IMG/VR virus record: IMGVR_UViG_2882253857_000001
Location: 1 to 64,000 of that record
DNA: 64,000 nt
Strand: one strand, 5' to 3'
From: a virus
Taxonomy: Duplodnaviria; Caudoviricetes
Below the pieces are notes generated by a model that did not search any database, was not told where the DNA came from, and was given only the letters and a program-made list of their open reading frames with translations. The translations under genes and the position numbers were made by a program. Below, piece by piece: positions 29,343-38,658 of this stretch (within the stretch, counting starts at the first letter, position 1; every line of letters begins with the position of its first letter).

Positions 29343-29407
29343 CCTCAATTAGTCATTCTTATCTGTATAAAATATATCATTTGATTATTGCTAGATTACT
29401 ACGGATT

Positions 29408-29731
29408 TTATTGATTCAGTTTCTTCTTAACATAAATAGCCCCAGCAGCTTGCTTCATTTCAGTCCATGACTTGAATTTTGTGTATTCAAGCACGTATTC
29501 ATCTAGTTTTGACTCATCGATGCTTTCAAAATCTTCTTGAGTTTTGATTTGGAAAGGACTGTTATCAAAAAATTCCGTTATGTTGCTGAAACTTGTATTA
29601 GCAGACATGAAATCAGCGTTGAATAATTCTTCAAACTTAACTTCACCATCAACTTGCTTTTTGATATTTTCTGTTATTCTTTTTAGTTGCTTCTCTAGAT
29701 CGTTCAAACCAGTAATTTTCATGTGTATCAC
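29408..29731 (-). CDS. Hypothetical protein inserted between terminase and portal
   Basis: ORF with GGAGG RBS, followed by terminator. Confidence 0.7.
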   Translation of the reverse strand: MIHMKITGLNDLEKQLKRITENIKKQVDGEVKFEELFNADFMSANTSFSNITEFFDNSPFQIKTQEDFESIDESKLDEYVLEYTKFKSWTEMKQAAGAIYVKKKLNQ

Positions 29732-29769
29732 CTCCTGCTACTATGTTCGACATATGTTAACAAAAACCT

Positions 29770-31191
29770 TTAGGATGTTATCGAACCAAAAGCGAATCCA
29801 GTATCAGTTTTACGATCATTATAAATAGCGTATCGCTTTGAGTCTTGTGTATGATTATTCTTGTCTTCTGGAGTTTCAGAGTGCTGCCCATCTCTATTTT
29901 CTTTCCATTTATAGTTTTCAGTTTCTTTGATCTCATTTTTACATTCGCGATTAACGTACAAATTTGGTCTGCCGGTTCCTGATTTTACCTTATACAGACT
30001 TGCAACTTCCTTGATACCGGGGCCTATAGCATTATCCGCTTCCTTAACTGGTAAATCATACTTTCTATACGTACTAATGTATTCCGGTTCTGAAGGATCG
30101 GCCCATATTTCATCAAAATGATATTTGGAATCAAACTCCTTGTAACGCTTAACCAAACAATCTTCTAGTTTTCCGTTATCATCTACAACCAGGACATTTA
30201 TATGCTGGACATATGATTCTTCTACAATGTAATAATCTTCATCAGTACAGCCTATAACAAGCAACACGGCAGGATCGTTCCATCCATGGTCCATCCCTCC
30301 GATAAATCTATTGAATATAATGTCCTTCTGTTCTCCGTTAGCATAGGTTACTTCATACAAGTTCATTCCGGCATCAATGCATTTCATAGATACTAAATGG
30401 ACATCACGCCTAAATTCATCATAAACTTGACCATGAAACACGTTAAACTTCGCGTATATTTCGCGCTGAACATACCTATCTGGATAGGTTTCAATCATTC
30501 GTTGAATGTTTCTTTGTAACTCTGGGATCGGGTTATCAATAGAGGTCCAGTAGAAGTTTCGCCACTCTGGATCATTTTGATATTGTTCATCTTCTAATCC
30601 AGCATCGATCCATTGCCCCTTAAGAACGATTTCTTCTGCGAACCAGTTAATACCCTCCGGAGTAGTAGTCCATACGCTCCAACCGCCTTTATCTGCCAAT
30701 GCATAGGCTAAATAACCAGACCAAGTTTCTGCTTTCATCTTGGACGCTTCATCCAACCAAACGCCATCTAACCCCTTACCTACGAGCGATTTTGGTTTAT
30801 CTGCTGATTTAAATTGAATAAGGACCCATCCTTTTAACCATACACGGTTTTTGGACAGGTCCCATGATTCAATCATTTCTTCGGGTAATACATCTGATAA
30901 TTCTTCTTGTTGGATTTCTGACATAGCATATGTTGGAGAAATACACCAATATTCAAGTCGAGGTTTAGGCTTCTTCATCTTCTTCAGGTTTTTAGGTGGT
31001 CGATAGGGAAGTCCTTTTCCGTGTTCAATATCATCAAGAATATTATCGAAGAACTTGCGCGCCCCAACATTCGTTTTTCCTCCGCGTCGCCCACAATTCA
31101 GAACGTTATTACGCGCTCTGCTTTCCATAACCTCAATTTGCTTGTCGTGAGGTTTCCAATCGGCAAAGGGATCAACTTCAACAAGCGTCAT
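29770..31191 (-). CDS. terL: Terminase large subunit
   Basis: GRRGGKT, WLDEA, TTTPEG, GMDHGWNDP, NHTQDS.RY. Confidence 0.95.
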   Translation of the reverse strand: MTLVEVDPFADWKPHDKQIEVMESRARNNVLNCGRRGGKTNVGARKFFDNILDDIEHGKGLPYRPPKNLKKMKKPKPRLEYWCISPTYAMSEIQQEELSDVLPEEMIESWDLSKNRVWLKGWVLIQFKSADKPKSLVGKGLDGVWLDEASKMKAETWSGYLAYALADKGGWSVWTTTPEGINWFAEEIVLKGQWIDAGLEDEQYQNDPEWRNFYWTSIDNPIPELQRNIQRMIETYPDRYVQREIYAKFNVFHGQVYDEFRRDVHLVSMKCIDAGMNLYEVTYANGEQKDIIFNRFIGGMDHGWNDPAVLLVIGCTDEDYYIVEESYVQHINVLVVDDNGKLEDCLVKRYKEFDSKYHFDEIWADPSEPEYISTYRKYDLPVKEADNAIGPGIKEVASLYKVKSGTGRPNLYVNRECKNEIKETENYKWKENRDGQHSETPEDKNNHTQDSKRYAIYNDRKTDTGFAFGSITS

Positions 31192-31982
31192 TTAGACCAC
31201 CTTCTTACAACAACCTCTGTAGGTTTATCTTCTTCATCCTCTAATTTGGAACGCTCCAATTCAAATTTTTGTTGATCTTTCTCATCAAGAATTCGAAGCG
31301 TCTGGCGTTGAGCCTTCTGAATTTTTTCGAATGAATTCACAACATTGACCAACTTAGCATCATTCAAAGCATCTACGGTTTCCACGATGATCTTTTCATC
31401 AAATTCACCCGGACCGTATCCGGTACGTAATTTTTCAACTACCTTATAAAATTCGCGGTCGTCGTTGATTGCATCCTCAACGATTTTGAGAAGCTTGTCA
31501 GAGATGCGTAAATGTCGTGCTGTTGCTCGCGCAATGTCGTTACTCAATAGATGTGTTGTAATTTCAGCACTTTTTTCCTTCACACCCTCTGTATGCTTTC
31601 TTCGCTTCTCCACCCAATTATGTTCTGCTGAATATTTCATTATAGAACTAGAACTGATTCCGTATTTTTTTGCAAGCTGCTCCAATGTCCAACCTTTTTT
31701 TCTGATATCAGTGACATAATCATTTTCAATTTCCGCCCAAGATATTCCTTCTAGCTCCGTTCCGTTTGATTCGGAACGTTCCGTATTTATTGGAGCGTTC
31801 TTTTCTTCAGATTGGAACGTTCCGTTCCGTTGGTCATCCCATTTATCTTTAGCCTTCCATCCTCTAATCGTTCCATCTGCAACGCCTAGCTGTGTGGCGA
31901 TGTCAATTAGACTGATTTCGCCATTAGAGGATAAGTATATTTCTTTTGCTTTATCTCTATTAGGATCTCTTTGACGGCCCAT
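31188..31982 (-). CDS. terS: Terminase small subunit
   Basis: R.P.R.KA..IY...L.DIA..LGV...TIR.WK..DKW; upstream of terL. Confidence 0.85.
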   Translation of the reverse strand: MGRQRDPNRDKAKEIYLSSNGEISLIDIATQLGVADGTIRGWKAKDKWDDQRNGTFQSEEKNAPINTERSESNGTELEGISWAEIENDYVTDIRKKGWTLEQLAKKYGISSSSIMKYSAEHNWVEKRRKHTEGVKEKSAEITTHLLSNDIARATARHLRISDKLLKIVEDAINDDREFYKVVEKLRTGYGPGEFDEKIIVETVDALNDAKLVNVVNSFEKIQKAQRQTLRILDEKDQQKFELERSKLEDEEDKPTEVVVRRWSK

Positions 31983-32011
31983 ATCTTATTGATCACCACC
32001 TTGTTATTATT

Positions 32012-32060
32012 CGGCCCCCGCTGCGCTAAGCTGATTCGGTCGATTCGGGGGCCTTCGGCC
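32012..32060. repeat. About 50-nt GC-rich intergenic repeat, copy A
   Basis: Similar to 35394-35443. Confidence 0.7.
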
Positions 32061-32082
32061 AATTACATCAGTTTTACGATGG

Positions 32083-32100
32083 TAAGGTAAATTTTCCTGA
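32083..32100. repeat. Palindromic site TAAGGTAAATTTTCCTGA (parS-like copy 3)
   Basis: 2 mismatches; intergenic upstream of terS. Confidence 0.75.
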
Positions 32101-32472
32101 GCAAAGAAAAAGCCGCCTATTGGCGACTGAACCACTTCAACTTCTCTTCTTCATTCAATTCCTCTTCGATCTCTTTTTCGTACTCTTCCAAGTCTTTGAT
32201 GGCTTCCTGATGCACCCTGTATGCCTCATCGCTATTAAAGCTATTCTTAGCAAACCACATTAAACGTTCTTTCATGAATGCATTGAGTCGTTTTAACTTC
32301 TCTTTTTTCTTTATCCACTATATCACCTCAAGTGTATTTTAAATTATGTACGCCGACACTTATTTACGCGGTCGGCAGCGCCCAGGATCTCACTCTTTAA
32401 CCGTTCTGGTCACGGCCTGTTAAGGGAGGAGTGGATAACAAGAGTGGAGTAACGAATATGTTAAGGTTAGAA

Positions 32473-32646
32473 TTACCTGTGTTGAATGTGATCTAATGAG
32501 TATTGTTTGGTGCAATTAAAAAATCTTACTTTCACGACTTTTATGCCGTCCATCGTTTTCCGATTCACACTGATAATCTCGCCGTATTCATGTGTAATCT
32601 TGTTACCCTTCTGGAATCCGAACTGTCGTTTATCTCCAACTTTCAT
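32473..32646 (-). CDS. Small hypothetical protein (57 aa, not in track)
   Basis: GAGGTG RBS; MKVGDKRQFGFQKG... Confidence 0.55.
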   Translation of the reverse strand: MKVGDKRQFGFQKGNKITHEYGEIISVNRKTMDGIKVVKVRFFNCTKQYSLDHIQHR

Positions 32647-32764
32647 TCGATCACCTCACGGGTATAATTAAGCGGTAATTATACGGATACCGCCAATCCG
32701 TCCGGTTCAGGCTTTTTGTGGAGGGAAAACAGCACCAGCCAACGCGAAACCCTCACAGTAATAA

Positions 32765-32888
32765 GATGTGGGCAAGGATTTGCACCTTGCACGATGCTCT
32801 ACCTTATCCGAGTGATCAAACCGCTATGTCGCGACCATAACGGTTGGAGCATCCACTCGCCAGCGTCTACCTATTCCGCCACCACATC
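32765..32888 (-). ncRNA. tRNA-like RNA with expanded, pseudoknotted central domain
   Basis: Acceptor GATGTGG/CCACATC; Leu-type D arm GGCGGAATAGGTAGACGC; T-like arm GCAAGGTGCAAATCCTTGC; no canonical anticodon arm. Confidence 0.75.
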
Positions 32889-32959
32889 ATTCAATATTCT
32901 TATTTCATGTTTTATTATAAATCCTATTCAATACGTTATCGCTACGGATTATCAGGTCG

Positions 32960-33598
32960 TTAGCTCGCTCCGGGCAATCGTAATCCTATTTCTCCTTCTT
33001 CGCTGCGCCCATTTCCATAGGTGATTATCACACAATCCAAAGTGCGATTGATCTTAAGGCTGTTTGCTAAGTTAGAAATAGCTTTGCGGCGCTTGTCTGC
33101 GAATGTTGTCGCGGAGATAGGATAGATATCTTTCCTGTACCCTTTGCTCAAGTATTCCTGAGCTTTGAGATACTTCATGCCATCCAGAAATAGAAGCTTT
33201 GCAATCAATCCTTCATGCGGATCTCTCAGGTTATTGATTGCGAATTTAATATTATTTGAAATGAAGAGATAGTATTTATAATTGGTATGCCGCTTGTCTT
33301 TGAGTACCACGGAATTTGCCGTTACGTCAGCGGTCAGTTCTTGGCCTGTTTCCCTTTTTCCGGCTGTCCCCTCAGCCGTGAGTAGCTGGTATGCATCCAA
33401 GCCGTTCTCGATCTGGCTCAAAGCGAATTCATAGTTCTTGATGATGTCGATCATGTCAGTGTACTTGCCTAAGAGCCATTTAGTTTTACGAACATCATCG
33501 GCATTTATATCATCGAAGAATGTTATTTGAATGATTTTATCTGTATCTAATACATCATCGTTAATTTCACTTGATTGCACTTCTTGATGACTGTTCAT
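32960..33598 (-). CDS. Putative late transcriptional activator (ArpU/RinA-like)
   Basis: AI..L.D..E..I....FLDG...T....R.KAI; last gene before packaging region. Confidence 0.7.
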   Translation of the reverse strand: MNSHQEVQSSEINDDVLDTDKIIQITFFDDINADDVRKTKWLLGKYTDMIDIIKNYEFALSQIENGLDAYQLLTAEGTAGKRETGQELTADVTANSVVLKDKRHTNYKYYLFISNNIKFAINNLRDPHEGLIAKLLFLDGMKYLKAQEYLSKGYRKDIYPISATTFADKRRKAISNLANSLKINRTLDCVIITYGNGRSEEGEIGLRLPGAS

Positions 33599-33600
33599 GT

Positions 33601-33837
33601 CTACTCCTCCCCTGTAAACCAATCAAATCCTTCTGTCGGATCAGGGAGATTTAACTCTGCATAGTGTGTAACGTTATTGATTAAAGTAATGCTGTCCTTT
33701 TGCTCCCAATATAATTGTGCGTGTTTAACATCAAATAAAAGTATGGCACTAAATACGCTACCATCTATACGATGTACTAAAAATGCTTTGCCTACTTCTG
33801 GCGGATTGTTTTGATTATATATTTTCCAATTAATCAT
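33601..33837 (-). CDS. DUF551-like small phage protein
   Basis: I.W.....P...VTHYA..N.P. Confidence 0.55.
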   Translation of the reverse strand: MINWKIYNQNNPPEVGKAFLVHRIDGSVFSAILLFDVKHAQLYWEQKDSITLINNVTHYAELNLPDPTEGFDWFTGEE

Positions 33838-34023
33838 TCCTCTTCCTCCCCTAATACAGCTAATAGAGCAGCTTTACAACGTTCTTGTATCTCTTCATGT
33901 GTCATGCTTCTACCTCCTCAACTGGTTCGTCATAAAACCAACCTCCACAACCGTTAATACACTCATAATCCGCAAACTCACTTTCCGACATTTCTTTTCC
34001 GCATCCTGGACAAATTGGATTGC

Positions 34024-34365
34024 TCACTTTGTTTCTCCCTCCTTATCTAAGGGATACAGGGATGATAATAAATCCATTGCCCTGTTCTCACCGTCTGGAA
34101 TCATCAATAAACCATCATCGATAAGGCTTTCTATTGCTTCACGTAGTTTCTTTTCCCGAATCTGCAAATTTAGTATTTCGCGCTGTTTCTGCTGATTCAC
34201 TTCGCATAATTTTTTTGTTTCTTGTAGCCAGTATTCTAATGCATATTCAATTGGTTCAGACGGTGCGAACTGACCATGAAACATTGGTTGAATCCCGTTA
34301 ACAAGCGTTTGAGCAAATTTAAAGTTTTCAACTATCTTCATATCCTTTTCCCAGTCTCTATCCAT
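34024..34365 (-). CDS. Hypothetical phage protein
   Basis: ORF with GGAGG RBS. Confidence 0.65.
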   Translation of the reverse strand: MDRDWEKDMKIVENFKFAQTLVNGIQPMFHGQFAPSEPIEYALEYWLQETKKLCEVNQQKQREILNLQIREKKLREAIESLIDDGLLMIPDGENRAMDLLSSLYPLDKEGETK

Positions 34366-34496
34366 GGGATATTACCTCCACATCATTCGCAGGAACAACT
34401 TGCATATGTCCATGCGGATTGCACTTTGTACATGGCACAAGAATATTAGTACCTTCAATGCGCAAATATTGCTTATCGTCACATTTTTCGCATTTG

Positions 34497-34826
34497 TCAG
34501 TCATGGGATACCTCCAAATCACTTAGATATACCTCGTACTCATCTTTGTCCTTTAATGCAGTAACCATCGGTTCACTCATGATTCTTACCCGACCTAAAT
34601 CGGAATGAATTGCCTTATCTCCCGGCTTTATGGTTGGTAAGGTGATAGGATCAACATCGAACTTACCTGACTCAATTTGCCTAATAATGTCTGTCAATAC
34701 TGTTTCACGCCCCAAGTAAAAACGAGTATTCTTTTCGTTAAACTTCTCCTTGATGCAAAACTCTGCTTCCTTTTTTAAGCATTCCAGTAGCCAATCTGCA
34801 TCTATTAGTCTTAGTTGTTTATACAT
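34497..34826 (-). CDS. Hypothetical phage protein
   Basis: RLIDAD.L N-terminus typical of small phage proteins. Confidence 0.65.
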   Translation of the reverse strand: MYKQLRLIDADWLLECLKKEAEFCIKEKFNEKNTRFYLGRETVLTDIIRQIESGKFDVDPITLPTIKPGDKAIHSDLGRVRIMSEPMVTALKDKDEYEVYLSDLEVSHD

Positions 34827-34832
34827 TACTCT

Positions 34833-35069
34833 CTAACCTCCCCTAAAACTTGATTCATATAGTGATCCCTGCAAATCTAGTCTGCGTAGATCCTGTAAAA
34901 AGTCCTCAATGGCATGTTTGTGGACGGCGTGGTTTTCTTGCTCCAGTTCATACGCCCCCTTTAGATCGGGATCGGTCGTTGCGTGCTTTAGGCGCCTAGC
35001 TTCTTCGTACTTTTCCATGTGTAATCTCAAAAGTTCAGTATATTTTTCGATTAACTTCTGCTTAGTCAC
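34833..35069 (-). CDS. Hypothetical phage protein
   Basis: ORF with RBS. Confidence 0.6.
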   Translation of the reverse strand: MTKQKLIEKYTELLRLHMEKYEEARRLKHATTDPDLKGAYELEQENHAVHKHAIEDFLQDLRRLDLQGSLYESSFRGG

Positions 35070-35117
35070 GCTTTGTATCCCTCCTGGTATGGATAGGAGA
35101 GGCGTTTATACCTCTTC

Positions 35118-35312
35118 CTAAGACTTTTTCAATAGGTTGCTTGCTGATTGTTTTACCACTTCGATTTTTTCTCTGCCTGAAAGATCCGAAAACGCCTCAC
35201 ATACTTCATCTGGTACGCTATCATAATACCCTTCCAGTTCAACGAGATCAGATAAAAAGTCATATCCAGTATTAGATAGCCAATCTACTACAACCCTTTG
35301 ATTTTTTGTCAT
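35118..35312 (-). CDS. Hypothetical phage protein
   Basis: ORF with RBS, flanked by hairpins. Confidence 0.6.
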   Translation of the reverse strand: MTKNQRVVVDWLSNTGYDFLSDLVELEGYYDSVPDEVCEAFSDLSGREKIEVVKQSASNLLKKS

Positions 35313-35393
35313 ATGACTCCTTCCTTTCTAATGCTCCTTTGTAATAGGACAGAGGCTTGGTTATGCCTCTATCCCGACAATAAAATCTTTATA

Positions 35394-35443
35394 CGGCCCC
35401 CGCTTCGCTAGGATTATTCGGTCGCTGTCGATGGCCTTCGGCC
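35394..35443. repeat. About 50-nt GC-rich intergenic repeat, copy B (partial copy C at 35825-35838)
   Basis: CGGCCCCCGCT.CGCTA.G.T.ATTCGGTCG...GGCCTTCGGCC. Confidence 0.7.
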
Positions 35444-35446
35444 GTT

Positions 35447-35806
35447 TTAAGCGTGTGTAAAATCTCTAGCATCAATCCAGCAATCCTCTGAACCATCGTC
35501 CCAAACTACAAGAATTTCATGTTCCATTAGTCCATCTGGCATTTCATTAGACTTGATATCAATTACAAATCCCGTATCTTCTGAATAATGTCCGCTGTCC
35601 TCATAACTGCTTGAAGTCAGCTCAACGCGGTCATTGATTCCAAACGGCGGTTCTTGAAGATGCTTGATAGCCTGATTTAAATCACATCTATAGTGTCTGA
35701 TCGCTTGTTTAATGATGTCTGGAGTATCTGGATTTTCTGTATCCCACGTATTCAGATCAGAAAGTGTTTTTTTCATTCCGATAATCATGTGATTCATATC
35801 TATCAA
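35447..35806 (-). CDS. Hypothetical protein with SH3-like C-terminus
   Basis: F...DRV.L...G.V......V.WDDG. Confidence 0.6.
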   Translation of the reverse strand: MIDMNHMIIGMKKTLSDLNTWDTENPDTPDIIKQAIRHYRCDLNQAIKHLQEPPFGINDRVELTSSSYEDSGHYSEDTGFVIDIKSNEMPDGLMEHEILVVWDDGSEDCWIDARDFTHA

Positions 35807-35944
35807 TCTCCCTTTGGTTTATTTGATGGCCTTCGGCCTAGTGCATCATCGCTTACTCTTCTATAGCCGATCGACAAAACCTTACAAAACTAACCTCTAT
35901 CATTCTGCCGCTGGCCATATTAAAATTGATGCGAGGTGATATAA

Positions 35945-36112
35945 ATGAATAACAATATCAAATTCTTGCATGAATTATCTTTATTGGGCGACTCAGGAGT
36001 CGACCCATACGAAGAATTCAAACAATCTCTTCTAGCTCAAGGCGTCAATGAACTTGATGCCACACACGAAACCGCATTATTCATGAATATGGTCTGCGAT
36101 ATGATGGATTAA
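35945..36112 (+). CDS. Small acidic protein in opposite orientation (55 aa, not in track)
   Basis: GAGGTGA RBS; hairpin AATGGGCAATCTGCCCATT after the stop. Confidence 0.65.
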   Translation: MNNNIKFLHELSLLGDSGVDPYEEFKQSLLAQGVNELDATHETALFMNMVCDMMD

Positions 36113-36149
36113 TGGGCAATCTGCCCATTCCATCTTCGCTATCCTAGGG

Positions 36150-36368
36150 CTACTTGCTTACCCTGAATAATCGTTTATGACAACCTGCACAGTATGCGTA
36201 TTTACCGCCCCTATAGGTCAAGCCTTCATACATTTCTCCATTCTCTGCTTCTGTGCCATCGAAATTGGAATACGCTCTAGAAGGCCCGCTGACTTGATAC
36301 TTTTGATAATAAGAACCGCCTCCACAATGTGGACACTCTTTCATTTGTTTTACATCCTCTATACTCAT
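36150..36368 (-). CDS. Small zinc-ribbon protein
   Basis: CPHCG...CAGC. Confidence 0.7.
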   Translation of the reverse strand: MSIEDVKQMKECPHCGGGSYYQKYQVSGPSRAYSNFDGTEAENGEMYEGLTYRGGKYAYCAGCHKRLFRVSK

Positions 36369-36736
36369 TCCTTATCAGCCTTTCTCAGTACTCTGTACGC
36401 AATGCCTAAAGCGTCACCCATCGCATAGCATTCCGGTATTTTTCGGGCATATTTGTCATATAAATCTCTATCTGCAAAGTACAAAGAGTGCCAAATATCA
36501 CTTCTACCTGAAAGATGTTTTCCAAATAAGTTCTTGCTATAATCCATCTGAAATTCCCTATAGTCTGGGTTTCTGAACATTGCCCAAATCTTCCCGATAT
36601 GTCTCCTGTGATGCCACGCAGCATATGTCTTAATCAGAAGCATTGCTAACGCCTTGTTATCCTCGCATCTTTCCAACAACTCACTTTTAAATTCGATCCT
36701 TGATTGTTTGTATCTTCGCTTTAGGATTTTACTCAT
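36365..36736 (-). CDS. Hypothetical phage protein
   Basis: ATGA-coupled ORF. Confidence 0.6.
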   Translation of the reverse strand: MSKILKRRYKQSRIEFKSELLERCEDNKALAMLLIKTYAAWHHRRHIGKIWAMFRNPDYREFQMDYSKNLFGKHLSGRSDIWHSLYFADRDLYDKYARKIPECYAMGDALGIAYRVLRKADKE

Positions 36737-37200
36737 TCCTTATCACCTTCCCCTAACGTAGCGTCAATTTCCTTGATAGCATCCTCACCTGTATTAATTA
36801 CTAAATATGGACTTTCTGCATAGAGCCCTATTCTTTGGATGTTGCGCTTTGCTTCTTCTAGTGCTTTACGTAGGCCAGAGCATTCCTCAATCATTTTGCT
36901 CAGACGTTCATCACGCCTATCAATCATTCGTCTTAACTCCGCTGCTTCTTTCTCTTTCTTTAGGTACTGCCGATCTGCATTATCAAATGCTTTTTCCCAC
37001 TTTTTAGATTGTTCTTCCAACCGTTCTATGGTTGCGTCCTTCTCGGTAAGCTGCCGCTGAGACTTTTCTGCAATTTCGATCAGCATGATTACATCCTTTG
37101 GTTCAAGGCTTAAAACTTCACCAGTGCTTAATAATGCCCTAAAATCGCTAGTAGCCTGATTCAACGCATTTTTGACTACTTCCCATTCCATTCCTTTCAC
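36733..37200 (-). CDS. Coiled-coil phage protein
   Basis: ORF with RBS. Confidence 0.6.
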   Translation of the reverse strand: MKGMEWEVVKNALNQATSDFRALLSTGEVLSLEPKDVIMLIEIAEKSQRQLTEKDATIERLEEQSKKWEKAFDNADRQYLKKEKEAAELRRMIDRRDERLSKMIEECSGLRKALEEAKRNIQRIGLYAESPYLVINTGEDAIKEIDATLGEGDKE

Positions 37201-37226
37201 CTCTCCCCTCTATGGGTTTATAGTGT

Positions 37227-37475
37227 TCAGTCAATGTAATTTCCGTTTTCATCAAGTTGCATCACGATGTTTTCTTTTCCATCAATCACGACTTCCGCTG
37301 TGCCAAGTTCTCTCAAATCTTCGCTTTCATAGCTGTACAATTTCCCACGGAGGGTAGTTTGTAATGATTGAGGCTCGAATATCATTTTAGTGCAGATCAC
37401 AAATTGATAGCAGCTATCTACTTGATATAAAAATGGTACTGGCAACTTTACATAACCGTTCATGTGTTTATTCAT
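37227..37475 (-). CDS. Hypothetical phage protein
   Basis: ORF with RBS. Confidence 0.55.
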   Translation of the reverse strand: MNKHMNGYVKLPVPFLYQVDSCYQFVICTKMIFEPQSLQTTLRGKLYSYESEDLRELGTAEVVIDGKENIVMQLDENGNYID

Positions 37476-37514
37476 CCTTTCAGGTGGGATAAAGCCTGTG
37501 TCCGGTCTATATTG

Positions 37515-37715
37515 TTACTCATGGGTATTAGCCTCCTTGTAGATAATGAGGGCCGAACCCCAAAATCGCTGACCAACCAAAGTTGACGCATACTTTATAT
37601 CAATGATTTCAAATTCGTTCATTTGATTTACGGCACGATTCACAGCTTCATCAACTCGACTATATTGATTTTCATATACGGCAATTGTCTTGATTTCGCT
37701 CGCTTTACCTAACAT
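37515..37715 (-). CDS. Cse60/DUF2758-like small protein
   Basis: VN......EIIDIKY.......SALIIY. Confidence 0.65.
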   Translation of the reverse strand: MLGKASEIKTIAVYENQYSRVDEAVNRAVNQMNEFEIIDIKYASTLVGQRFWGSALIIYKEANTHE

Positions 37716-37790
37716 GTGGATTCCTCCTTGTATTTTCATCTGAAAACTAAGATTTAGAAGTTGACTATTCCGCAATCCTACCAAATCGGG

Positions 37791-38225
37791 TTAATTATTT
37801 TGTGAATAAATATTCCCAATCAGCTTGGAATCAGCTATCCAGTCATAAGCACCGTCGCTTTCAACTAATTCTGACATCCATACATATCCATCTTCGAAAG
37901 AGTCTGAGACAAGCACAAAGCCACATATACTGTACTCGATCTTACAAGTGATTAATTCATCTTCATATTTAAGTTCAATAATGTCTCCAGACCAAAGTTT
38001 GCTATATCCGTTGTCTGTTTCATGGCCATCTTCACATCCGGTAAACATTCCTGCTGTCTCTTTCTTTATCTCTTGCATCTTAATATGACCGCCGTCATCA
38101 AGATAAGATATTGCTAGAGATCCGCTTTTACTGACTTTTACTAATGAACCAAATATAAATTCATTAGTATCTTTAGGTATCCCTCGAAATTTAGTAGGAA
38201 TCAACCCAATCCCTCCCAATTCCAT
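37791..38225 (-). CDS. YopX-family protein
   Basis: KFRG...GSL...G.FTG..D...GDI...IGNIY. Confidence 0.8.
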   Translation of the reverse strand: MELGGIGLIPTKFRGIPKDTNEFIFGSLVKVSKSGSLAISYLDDGGHIKMQEIKKETAGMFTGCEDGHETDNGYSKLWSGDIIELKYEDELITCKIEYSICGFVLVSDSFEDGYVWMSELVESDGAYDWIADSKLIGNIYSQNN

Positions 38226-38647
38226 AGTCCTTGTTGCCCTTTAGCCGGAATAGGCTCAGTTATCAGTCGTACCGTGCGCAGTTCCCAAGCGTAGCGCCCT
38301 TCCTCATACCAGCCAAAGGCGAATTCGTCTCCCTCAACGTGCATTGCTATTTCGCCATTCTGATTTACTGAGCCAGCAAAACTGTCTCTGGCAACTGTTA
38401 TCTGATGCACTTCTTCCAAATTGCACACGGTCACTATTGCGCCAGTAGGAAGGTTATCCGCAGTGTATCCCTGCCGTTCCAGCGCTCTGCTGATCTCCGG
38501 CTGCATGCAAGCTTCCTTATCGATCTTCTTACCAGCGTGTATTGCAATCAGCCCTCTATATTTCGTAGGCCAACTCCGTGTCTCAAATCGTTTTTCCCCG
38601 AGCGCGATCAACGTTGCCCACGGTTGAATAATAGTAATAGCTTTCAT
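38201..38647 (-). CDS. ASCH domain protein
   Basis: MKAITIIQPWATLIALGEKRFETRSW.T.YRG.IAIHAG...GQQGLW. Confidence 0.9.
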   Translation of the reverse strand: MKAITIIQPWATLIALGEKRFETRSWPTKYRGLIAIHAGKKIDKEACMQPEISRALERQGYTADNLPTGAIVTVCNLEEVHQITVARDSFAGSVNQNGEIAMHVEGDEFAFGWYEEGRYAWELRTVRLITEPIPAKGQQGLWNWEGLG

Positions 38648-38658
38648 AGTTTATCCTC

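Noticed and set aside
32117-32318. Small coiled-coil ORF whose GTG/RBS is out of frame at an A run
   Set aside because: Most simply a frameshifted remnant or later ATG start; no support for programmed recoding
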